From NCBI GenBank assembly GCA_963800555.1, contig CAWDBH010000010.1:24765-88764 (forward strand): DNA of 64,000 bases, written 5' to 3'. Under the pieces are notes generated by a model. It searched no databases. It was not told the DNA's origin and saw only the letters and a list, made by a program, of their open reading frames with translations. The DNA comes from an uncultured Candidatus Micrarchaeota archaeon. GTDB taxonomy: Archaea > Micrarchaeota > Micrarchaeia > Anstonellales > Bilamarchaeaceae. Numbering within the stretch: the first letter of the stretch is position 1; each line of letters opens with the position of its first letter. Position numbers and translations under genes: made by a program. Below are positions 38,773 to 46,571 of the stretch, one piece after another.

Positions 38773-39157
38773 ATGGCGGAGCTGAAAACGAAGCTGGTTG
38801 ATGCCTTCGGATTGGGGATCGGTTTCTGGTTGATGGGGTTTATCGCATCATTGATACTTTTCTTCATACATGCCAGCCAACCTCCTCGGGTGGGTCTTGT
38901 TCGTCATCTTCACCCCCATTTGCATATACATATCATTTCTGAGATTCAGGAAAAGAACCGAAGATATATCGTATTATCTGGCTATCGCAGCGATCTGGGC
39001 CGTCATCGCCATGGTACTGGATTACATATTCATCGTGACCGCATTCCATTCCCTGGGATACTACAAGCTCGATGTCTTCGTATACTACGCGACGACTTTC
39101 ATCATCCCGCTATTAATCGGATGGAAGTACGGGATGAATCAAAGCGAGAAAAAATAG
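38773..39157 (+). CDS. small multi-TM membrane protein (possibly frameshifted near 38858-38869; otherwise 38870..39157 alone)
   Basis: ORF 38870..39157 encodes 3 TM segments. An upstream frame encodes MAELKTKLVDAFGLGIGFWLMGFIASLIL, which could be a first TM if one T of the T4 run is spurious. Confidence 0.4.
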
Positions 39158-39423
39158 ACGCAGAGAGCAAACGCTCTGATCATATCTGAGGACGCACACC
39201 TGCTTTTGCCCTCTTTGTCGAGGTGAATTTTGCATTAATTCTATATAACTGCTGCCATGAAAGAGGTTAGACGAGCGCCTAAGCTCAATTAATAAAACCA
39301 CGATAGGAGCAGACTTCTCCTAACTAGGGCGGGTATAGATGCTTAAACAAACTGTAACTAAGCGTACTTATCCTGCTGTTTGCACTTGGGCACTGAACTT
39401 TAAAGAAAATGATTACTTTGCAG

Positions 39424-40068
39424 TTATTTGTTCTTAAATACTAAAACGTGGCTATGATCGCCTTCCGTCGAGCAATAAATCATTTCTTGTTCGAAAAATA
39501 ATATTTTCGAAATTTCTCTCCCGATGTCCCAAGCTAAAGGAGTCATAGGGCGGCCCTCACCAATCGTATTTGACACTTCGATTATGATTGTGGCATTTTT
39601 TTTCATTACCTTTTTGATCTGCCGATATATTCTTCCAATATCTTTCAAATATTTTGAGTAACTCCCAGTTTTTGTATAATTTGTAAATGGATCTTCATTA
39701 TCAAAGTATCTCATATAGGGCGGAGAAGTTATGGAAAAGTCGAACTTTGGCAAGTTATACGATCCGAGTTTTAGGGAATTGCCATGAATGATTTTACAGG
39801 GCTCTTTAATCCTGTCGTTAATGTATTCATACTGGCTTTCATCGTATTCTATCCCAAGAACTGTTCGTCCCAGTCGTTGGCCTACAAACAACGTTGTACC
39901 AAAACCAGCAAAAGGATCTAAGATTCTATCCCCTCTTTTTGTAAATTTAAGGACGAACATTTCAACAAATTCTTCCGTATACCGAATATCCGTATCTCCA
40001 TTGAATTTAATTTTTTTCAGTTTGCTAGAGATTAAAAACCAGGAATTTTCCATGTGTAGTTCTTTCAT
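39424..40068 (-). CDS. small N4/N6-type (SPPY) methyltransferase with motif I preceding motif IV
   Basis: ILDPFAGFGTTLFVGQRLGRTVLGIEYDE (motif I region as in N6_N4_Mtase), followed by IIHGNSLKLGSYNLPKFDFSITSPPY (motif IV). 214 aa. Confidence 0.7.
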   Translation of the reverse strand: MKELHMENSWFLISSKLKKIKFNGDTDIRYTEEFVEMFVLKFTKRGDRILDPFAGFGTTLFVGQRLGRTVLGIEYDESQYEYINDRIKEPCKIIHGNSLKLGSYNLPKFDFSITSPPYMRYFDNEDPFTNYTKTGSYSKYLKDIGRIYRQIKKVMKKNATIIIEVSNTIGEGRPMTPLAWDIGREISKILFFEQEMIYCSTEGDHSHVLVFKNK

Positions 40069-40333
40069 GTTTACTAATTAGAATATGTCATTTTAATGTT
40101 CTCCTAACCTTCCCACATTTTCAAGTTAATATCTAGGAAAATTTCTGATGGCGAGTACAATACGCTAGATGTCTACCAATCAGAATAACTTGCAGGGAGC
40201 AAAAGATCCTGCTCAGCTTCAGGTCCTCAACCACGGAAAATCATGTCGATATCAGCAAATCAATGCCGATTTCCTCAAAAGCGTGAGGGTATTAACGAGG
40301 AGAGGTTTATAATCGCTGCCTCGACTTATTTCG

Positions 40334-41681
40334 CTAAACCAGCAACAGGAAAAGCCAAGCAGGCACATAAAGGATCTTTTTCCCGTCCTTCTGGATTTCC
40401 TTAAAATCATCCCGAGTCACAATTACCCCAAAAGAGAGGGACTTGAGGTTCATGAATTTGATAAGCGAACTGGCGTCCTCAGCGTGGATGGAAGACTGGA
40501 ATTTGACTTCTATCGGAATGATGTTGCCTTCTACATCTGCCACCAAGTCCACTTCATCCTTCTGGGGACTGCGCCAAAAAGTTATTCTGTCAGATAATTG
40601 GCTTACGTGACCAAAAACAATGGTTTCAATATATTTTCCAGCTTGTTCGTGCTGCTCCAGTATGTGATTCGGGGATCTTGCGAGTGCCAATGTAATGCTC
40701 GGATGTGCGATATGGATTTTTTTGTTTTTGCGCAACTGTTTTGTAAAGCTTTTTGATGTGTTATATAATAGGCTAAGCGCAAACGAGTGTTCTAAATAAA
40801 ACAGGTAAGTTCTTGCTGTCCTGTAATTAACCTTAAGAAGTTCTGCCAGATTCTTGACTTCGAGCAGATTTGACGTTTCTCTTGCGCAGTATTCGAGCAT
40901 GGAATACAGAACGTCCTTTCGAGTTACTTTGAATGCAGATGGGATGTCTTCGTATATTATTTTATCAGTCACCGAGTTACGTATGTATGAGTAAATTATT
41001 TCGCGATCATTCTCTTTTGCGATTTCTGGGAACGCCCCGTGTTCCATATACTTTTCCAGCAGATCCAGCATCTGGGGTTTTTTGTGTAGGTTCTTTTCGT
41101 AGATCGCTTTCAGTTTGGAATATTCCAGAATACCCCTCTCCATTTTCAGATCATTTAATTCTAGGAACTCTCTGAAACTCAGAACAGGCACGTGAAAATC
41201 ATATATCCTGCCTGCCAGACTTTCCTTTGATTTCTTTATATTAAGTGAAGCGGATCCGGAAACAATAAATTTGAGGTCTTCATTAGTATCATAGTATCTC
41301 TTGACGATATCTTGCCAATATGGAACTTTTTGTATTTCATCAAGAAAGAGGTACTTTCTGCCATCTTTAGCCAGCACTTTTAGATAATACTCTATCACAT
41401 CCTCAAGGATATCGGGATTCTGGGTTATAAGGTCGTCAAAGAGAAAATATACGATATTTTCTGGTTTTGTGCCGTTTTCAAGTAGCTCGGACATAGTCTG
41501 ACGCATCAGGACGGTTTTACCAACCCTTCGCAAACCGACGATTGCTAGAATCTGTTTGGTCTTCATATACTTCTCGATTTTAGAATATACATGGCGATGG
41601 TAGACTCGGTACGTTAGGTTTGTTGCCTTCCCACCAGGGATTGAAGTACCTCAACATTGCGATATATTTGTCTGCGATCAT
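40334..41681 (-). CDS. AAA+ ATPase (AAA_14/DUF4143-type); N-terminal ~35 codons are in another frame
   Basis: ILAIVGLRRVGKT (Walker A) and YLFLDEIQ (Walker B). Upstream, ATG 41681 encodes MIADKYIAMLRYFNPWWEGNKP, the NPWW N-terminus typical of this family. It is out of frame by one base with RVYHRHVYSKIEKYMKTKQ. Confidence 0.75.
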
Positions 41682-41842
41682 AAGAACACCTTAATATTAG
41701 TTGTATTCTAATGCAACTAATTTATAAAGTTAGTTGTAGTGAAAGTATACTTTAAAACCGATTGAACTACAACTTTTTGATGTGATTCTGATGCTCCCGA
41801 TTATATCTACTCGTCGATATTCTTTAGTTCCATATGCTCCCC

Positions 41843-42445
41843 TCAAATAAACTCATTCAGCTTCCGGTTCTCATGCTCCAGCAATTGTCTGGTAATCCGA
41901 CTCATGCGATATCCGTATTCGAGGGCATTCCTGGTCCACTCCTGTTCTGGTTTTCTTGAGCTCACGAAGCCGAACAATCCACTCAGATATTTCCTGTCCA
42001 TCCTAAATGAGGCCGTTTTCCCAAGGCCGAGAAACGCAATGATATTCGTATCTCCGCTACCCTTACCTCGCATTTCCCGCGTAATCTGGTTTATCCTGCC
42101 TTGGTTGAATCTGGATTCCCGGTATAAATACACGACTTCCTGGATGATGCAACCTTGGCCCGCATGCATTATGAGATTGCACATCGGACAGATAGTTTCG
42201 AGATTGCCTTTATCGTTGTTATTCGGGTTTCCATCAATGTGATGAACGATCTGCCAATGCATAGCGCGAAAATTGCAGTATTGGCATGTGTAATCATCTC
42301 GTTTCAGTATCTGTTGCCTGATCCGCCGCCACATTTCATTGGCGGTGCGATCCGGGCAGTTAGTTCTCCATCTATTCGAGTCGGCAAACGACGGATAAAG
42401 TATTTTTACGTTTCCAATCAAATATCTCACCACAACCTGAACCAA
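41843..42445 (-). CDS. HNH endonuclease with unknown C-terminal domain
   Basis: RDDYTCQYCNF...HHIDGNPNNNDKGNLETICPMCNLIMH (HNH with two CxxC pairs). A ~110-aa C-terminal region is unassigned. An alternative start is MWRRIRQQ (42334). Confidence 0.75.
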   Translation of the reverse strand: MVQVVVRYLIGNVKILYPSFADSNRWRTNCPDRTANEMWRRIRQQILKRDDYTCQYCNFRAMHWQIVHHIDGNPNNNDKGNLETICPMCNLIMHAGQGCIIQEVVYLYRESRFNQGRINQITREMRGKGSGDTNIIAFLGLGKTASFRMDRKYLSGLFGFVSSRKPEQEWTRNALEYGYRMSRITRQLLEHENRKLNEFI

Positions 42446-42822
42446 GGATTATGCTCCATGGAATTGATACAAGTTTCCAAAGGCATGTCGACTTCTATAG
42501 GCATCCAATTTCCAGTATGTCTCATGGCGAATAATTGATAGTGATCGTTTCCGATATGTTCGAGTCTTGCAAACTTTTCAATAAAATACGGGGATATTGC
42601 TCGCGGACCTTGAGAGTTGTATTTTGCGCATAGATAAAACCTGTCTTTTGTCCATTCGTAATATACATCAGCGACATAGTTTTGATTTTTCGGGGGCTTT
42701 TTTGTTATGTTGGCGCTTCGAAGTTTTTCAACATGTGATTCTGCCCATTTATTGATTTGCAATTTAACGTTTTCAGGCATTGGTTGTTTTGAGGGTTTAA
42801 AGACCCAGATTCCGCTTCGCAT
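42427..42822 (-). CDS. DUF3024-like protein
   Basis: VYYEWTKDRFYLCAKY...FARLEHIGNDHYQLFAMRHTGNWMPIE resembles the DUF3024 pattern as I recall it. Its 3' end overlaps the longest HNH ORF by 19 nt. Confidence 0.45.
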   Translation of the reverse strand: MRSGIWVFKPSKQPMPENVKLQINKWAESHVEKLRSANITKKPPKNQNYVADVYYEWTKDRFYLCAKYNSQGPRAISPYFIEKFARLEHIGNDHYQLFAMRHTGNWMPIEVDMPLETCINSMEHNPWFRLW

Positions 42823-42857
42823 ACAGGAATTTCAAAAGCAATATCTTTAATGCTGGC

Positions 42858-43058
42858 TTGAGACCTCATGACAAACTAGAAAATCAAGAACGGAAGTGCC
42901 AATTAAGAACAGAAGCCGAGCTGGAGTTCACTAAAACTGCATTTCGGAAAAATCCGGATTTTTATCACGTCGAAGAATACCTCAAAAAGCATGAAAAAAA
43001 GATGCAGGGAGCAGGATTTTCAGTCCATGCCTTCTTTATTGAAAAGATTTCAACATGA
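42858..43058 (+). CDS. hypothetical small ORF (weak)
   Basis: 66-codon ORF at the island edge with a non-ATG start. No motif. Confidence 0.2.
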   Translation: MRPHDKLENQERKCQLRTEAELEFTKTAFRKNPDFYHVEEYLKKHEKKMQGAGFSVHAFFIEKIST

Positions 43059-43247
43059 AAGGCCGGCCCTCGGATCTGCCAAACGCCAATGGCGGACGGC
43101 GATAACCTCGGAGCGCATCCCGCAAGCGGGATACGCACGTTTGAACCTGCGCAGGCACTAAGCCACAGCGTTTCATAAGGCCGTTAAGCCTTCCTAAGCG
43201 CTGCACATTTGACCGGGCTCTGTCATCCCTGCAATATCTCTCATCCT

Positions 43248-44360
43248 TTATCTGCCATCTTTTTTATTCCTGCCTTCAAGATAAGCGAGCGTCTCTTCCG
43301 GTCCAGCGACCAGCTTCTCGAACAATTCCGAGGAATCGAACAGGGTTATCCTACCGGCCGTCTTCCTCTCCAGCTCCCTCAGCGCCAGCTCCTTGGTCGA
43401 GAGCAGCGCATCCCGATTCTCCCTTATCTTCGCGAGGCGGACGCTGAGGCTCTGGACGTTCAATCTGCTGTCAATGAACACGCCATCCGATTCCTCGATC
43501 TTCAGGTCGGATGATGACAACCCTTCCTTAAGGGTGCCGTCGATCTTTATTGCTATAATGGCATCCGGATTGGTGTTCCGAATACGGTTGATTCTCTCCG
43601 ATACGCGCTCACGGACCTCTTCGATCCCGGCTCCCTTGAACTCCAGGCTCTCGTAGAAGAACGGCCTCGAAGGTATGGTGATGAATTCTGCCTTCCGGGT
43701 GCCGGTGTCATAAAGGAAGTATCCTTTGCCCTTGGTTTCGTTCTCTTTAAGCTGCGTCATGACCGTGCTTCCCGGGATGAGGAACCGGCCATCCAGCTTC
43801 ACTGTCGTGTCATGGATATGCCCATCCACTATGAGGTCGAATGGCAAGGCCTCGAGGGATTCGAGCGTGAGCTCGTCGGTGCCTCCAGGCGTGAGCTCTT
43901 TGATGGATTGGTGGATCATCAGTATCGTGAACGCGCCATCCAGTCTCGTGAATTTCCCCATCGCGCGTTTCACGGCCGTATCAGCATACTCCTCAGGGAC
44001 GCTTCCGATGCCAAGCACCTGCGCCTTCTCCCCGTTCTTCTCGAACACTCCGGTTTCCAGGTGCAGGAGCTTGAAATTCGCGCTCAGCGCAAGGAGCTGC
44101 GCGGGATTCACCTCGTCCTTCGGCCTGCGCTCATGATTTCCATAAATGGCGAAAACCGGGACCTTGGCCCGCCTGAAGATCTCGACCGCTCTCTTGAGGG
44201 TCTCTAGCTTCGGGACCTTCGTGTCGAAGATATCCCCGGCGCAGAGGATGAGATCCGCTCTCTCGGATGCGCTATCGACCGCTTTCTCGGCCTGGGAATA
44301 GGAATCAGCCTCGAATCTGGCATACCCCAGGTGTGTATCCGAAAAAACGGCGATTTTCAT
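43248..44360 (-). CDS. mre11: Mre11-type DNA repair nuclease (calcineurin-like phosphoesterase)
   Basis: MKIAVFSDTHLG, CAGDIFD and IYGNHE motifs. Start set at MKIAVF inside ORF 43248..44426. Confidence 0.8.
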   Translation of the reverse strand: MKIAVFSDTHLGYARFEADSYSQAEKAVDSASERADLILCAGDIFDTKVPKLETLKRAVEIFRRAKVPVFAIYGNHERRPKDEVNPAQLLALSANFKLLHLETGVFEKNGEKAQVLGIGSVPEEYADTAVKRAMGKFTRLDGAFTILMIHQSIKELTPGGTDELTLESLEALPFDLIVDGHIHDTTVKLDGRFLIPGSTVMTQLKENETKGKGYFLYDTGTRKAEFITIPSRPFFYESLEFKGAGIEEVRERVSERINRIRNTNPDAIIAIKIDGTLKEGLSSSDLKIEESDGVFIDSRLNVQSLSVRLAKIRENRDALLSTKELALRELERKTAGRITLFDSSELFEKLVAGPEETLAYLEGRNKKDGR

Positions 44361-44456
44361 CGTATGATAAAGGATAGGAAAAAGTTTAATTCTGATGGCG
44401 CTCATCGGAAAACGTTTAAAAGACAATGTTCAATCAATCTCTCGCTTAAGCAATAC

Positions 44457-44572
44457 GGGCCCGTAGCTCAGCCAGGCTAGAGCGTTCGACTGATAGGAAC
44501 TTTTTGCGAAAAAGTTTCATCAAAAACTTTCTGGAAATCGAAAGGTCATGAGTTCAAATCTCATCGGGCCCA
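44457..44572 (+). tRNA. tRNA-Ile(GAU) with 41-nt intron at 37/38
   Basis: GGGCCCG TA GCTC AGCCAGGCTA GAGC G TTCGA CTGATA[41 nt]A TCGAA AGGTC ATGAG TTCAAAT CTCAT CGGGCCC A. The intron contains the perfect hairpin AACTTTTT-GCG-AAAAAGTT. Confidence 0.85.
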
Positions 44573-44578
44573 TTCTCT

Positions 44579-45313
44579 TCATCCGCCGATGAGCATCTTG
44601 ATGACGAGGAGGGCACCGACTAATACGAGCTGGTGCACGAGATATATCGATAGCGAGTTCTTCCCGATGAATGCCAAGGCATCGTAGGCTTTAGAGTTCC
44701 CGAGCCTTATCATATCCCTCCCTCTCTCGAATGCCATCTGGCCCGCGCTGATCCCGATAAGGACGAAACCGAACCACGGCAGGAGCGGGTAATAATCGAG
44801 CGCCGTGTATCCCGGGTATGTGATGCCCAGCCAGAAGAGATTGTGCGAATCTGTCTGCATGCCGCCTAAGAAGATCCCAAGAACCATGATCATGAGCCCG
44901 AGCAGGATATTCAGCTTCCCGAATCTGAGGAAAAGCGGCGCGATCAAAGTGGACAAGGCGATGAGATGGATTATCCCGAACGTTATGAAGCCTTCATGCG
45001 GATAGACCCACGTGGCTATCGTGATAAGCGCAGCGACGCCAGCGAGGAAAATGCCCCGCTTGAAATGATGGAAGTATCCCTCCTTCTTGCCTTCCTTGTC
45101 ATGCTTATCGCTCAGCACCAGCGAGACGCCCACAACGAACAGGAACGTGGCGCCGAGTGCCCTGGGGAAAAAGAACCAGAAGCCGCTTTCGAGATTGATG
45201 CTGATGAACGAAAGGTAATTGAGGTCGAAGATGAAATGGAACGCCACCATCAGCACGATGGCTATCCCGCGGAGGCAATCCACCCAAAGTACCCTGCTTT
45301 TATCGACCGTCAT
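44579..45313 (-). CDS. DUF1624/HGSNAT-like membrane acyltransferase-family protein
   Basis: RVLWVDCLRGIAIVLMVAFHFIFDLNYL N-terminus, followed by multiple TM segments. Confidence 0.6.
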   Translation of the reverse strand: MTVDKSRVLWVDCLRGIAIVLMVAFHFIFDLNYLSFISINLESGFWFFFPRALGATFLFVVGVSLVLSDKHDKEGKKEGYFHHFKRGIFLAGVAALITIATWVYPHEGFITFGIIHLIALSTLIAPLFLRFGKLNILLGLMIMVLGIFLGGMQTDSHNLFWLGITYPGYTALDYYPLLPWFGFVLIGISAGQMAFERGRDMIRLGNSKAYDALAFIGKNSLSIYLVHQLVLVGALLVIKMLIGG

Positions 45314-46134
45314 CTCGCATACTCCGCATGCTCGATGATCTCTCTGGATCTCGCTAGGGGGATGTCCGCGATCTCGGCGAGCTTCTCTGCGTTCTCTGGG
45401 ATATCCGACACCGTCACGATCTTCTTGATGAGGAGGCGCTTGAGGATGTCATTGCTCATCTTTATGACGCTCACAGGATAGCATTTGGTCCGGTCTATCA
45501 TGGCCTCGAGGCTCTCCTTGAACGGATAGCGCCAGCCAAGGAGCGGGATGTCCATGCATTCTGCGTAGGCGATCACGTCCTCGGAGAATTTAGTGTTCGT
45601 TATGAGCCATGGCCTCGTGAAATCCATGCACCTGCCGATCTTCGCCCCTTCCACGAGGTCGAGGTAGCGCGCATAGACGTAGAGAACCGTCTGTATCCTG
45701 CATTTCGTCCCTGGCTGGTTGTGGAATTTGCATTCCACCATGTAATTCTTCTTCCCCTTGGATGCGATGACGTCTATCTCATGGGTGACGCATCTTCCAG
45801 GCACTATCTGGCGCAATGCGGTGCCATAGCCTTCGATCGAGAGGAGCTTCGCCATGAAATCCTCGAATTCATACCCTTCCGGGCCGATGTCGGTCAGGGC
45901 GCGCTTCAGGTTATACTTGTGCGAGACCTCCGGCTTCATCTCTTCCAGGAGGTCATATGCCAGTCCGTATATCTTCTTGGTGGATATGCCGTTGTAGAGC
46001 TTCGGCCGCAGCTGAGCGAGCGCTTCCTTCACCTCTTTAGGACCGAGTCCAGCCCTGCGCAATGCGTTCCCGACCTTCTCCTCGCTGAATTGCTCCTTCT
46101 CGCCGCCTTCCTTGACAACGAATATCTCGTCCAT
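45310..46134 (-). CDS. ATP-cone domain fused to PD-(D/E)xK (Mrr-cat-like) nuclease domain
   Basis: N-terminus MDEIFVVKEGGEKEQFSEEKVGNALRRAG (ATP-cone). Mid-region GYEFEDFMAKLLSIEGY...HEIDVIASKGKKNYMVECKFH (D...ExK). Confidence 0.6.
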   Translation of the reverse strand: MDEIFVVKEGGEKEQFSEEKVGNALRRAGLGPKEVKEALAQLRPKLYNGISTKKIYGLAYDLLEEMKPEVSHKYNLKRALTDIGPEGYEFEDFMAKLLSIEGYGTALRQIVPGRCVTHEIDVIASKGKKNYMVECKFHNQPGTKCRIQTVLYVYARYLDLVEGAKIGRCMDFTRPWLITNTKFSEDVIAYAECMDIPLLGWRYPFKESLEAMIDRTKCYPVSVIKMSNDILKRLLIKKIVTVSDIPENAEKLAEIADIPLARSREIIEHAEYAR

Positions 46135-46138
46135 GGCG

Positions 46139-46456
46139 TCACTTCTTCTTCTTCGCATCTTTCTCGTCGGGCTTGCTGATGGGCCTGCTGAGTATGTATA
46201 TTATGACAGCTGCGAGCATTGTGACTACGACAGCCACAACCACCTCGTACTGCCACGCCCCGCTAGTGGGGATGAAATTCTTTATCGTATCGGTTATCGC
46301 CGTCTGCCAGAAAAGCGCGGCCACGAGGGCGAGAGCGGTGGTTATCGTGGTTATGGCACGGGCCGCTATCTCCTGCCTCGCCTCTTTCGCCCGCTGGGCC
46401 CGCAGCTCCTTTTTCTCGGATACCTCTCCCTTCTTGAATTGAGATTCTTCTGCCAT
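46139..46456 (-). CDS. small membrane protein, hypothetical
   Basis: 105 aa with two TM segments and Lys-rich termini. Confidence 0.5.
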   Translation of the reverse strand: MAEESQFKKGEVSEKKELRAQRAKEARQEIAARAITTITTALALVAALFWQTAITDTIKNFIPTSGAWQYEVVVAVVVTMLAAVIIYILSRPISKPDEKDAKKKK

Positions 46457-46487
46457 GAATGGGCTAATGGGAGGGGAATGGTTTTAT

Positions 46488-46546
46488 GGGTTTCCAAACC
46501 CGGACGCCCCCCGCGGAATTCCGCGATTTCCGCGCACAATATATAA
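46488..46546 (+). promoter_or_regulatory. orc1/cdc6 upstream region: two 14-nt palindromes plus a TATA-like box
   Basis: GGGTTTCCAAACCC (46488-46501), CGCGGAATTCCGCG (46512-46525) and ATATATAA (46539-46546). The TATA-like box is ~30 nt upstream of ATG 46572. Confidence 0.4.
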
Positions 46547-46571
46547 TCGTTTCCCGACAGATTACGAGACG

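Larger units (their letters stand above)
39190..43060. other. AT-rich island (putative horizontally acquired module)
   Basis: Base composition drops sharply (one 60-nt line hand-counts to 22 G+C) between the GC-rich flanks. Four minus-strand genes: methyltransferase, AAA ATPase, HNH nuclease and a DUF3024-like gene. Confidence 0.6.

Noticed and set aside
39160-43250. Direct repeats or att sites flanking the AT-rich island
   Set aside because: Only a 7-nt match (CCTAAGC) was found near both edges, which is within chance expectation. No integrase or tRNA fragment lies at the borders.
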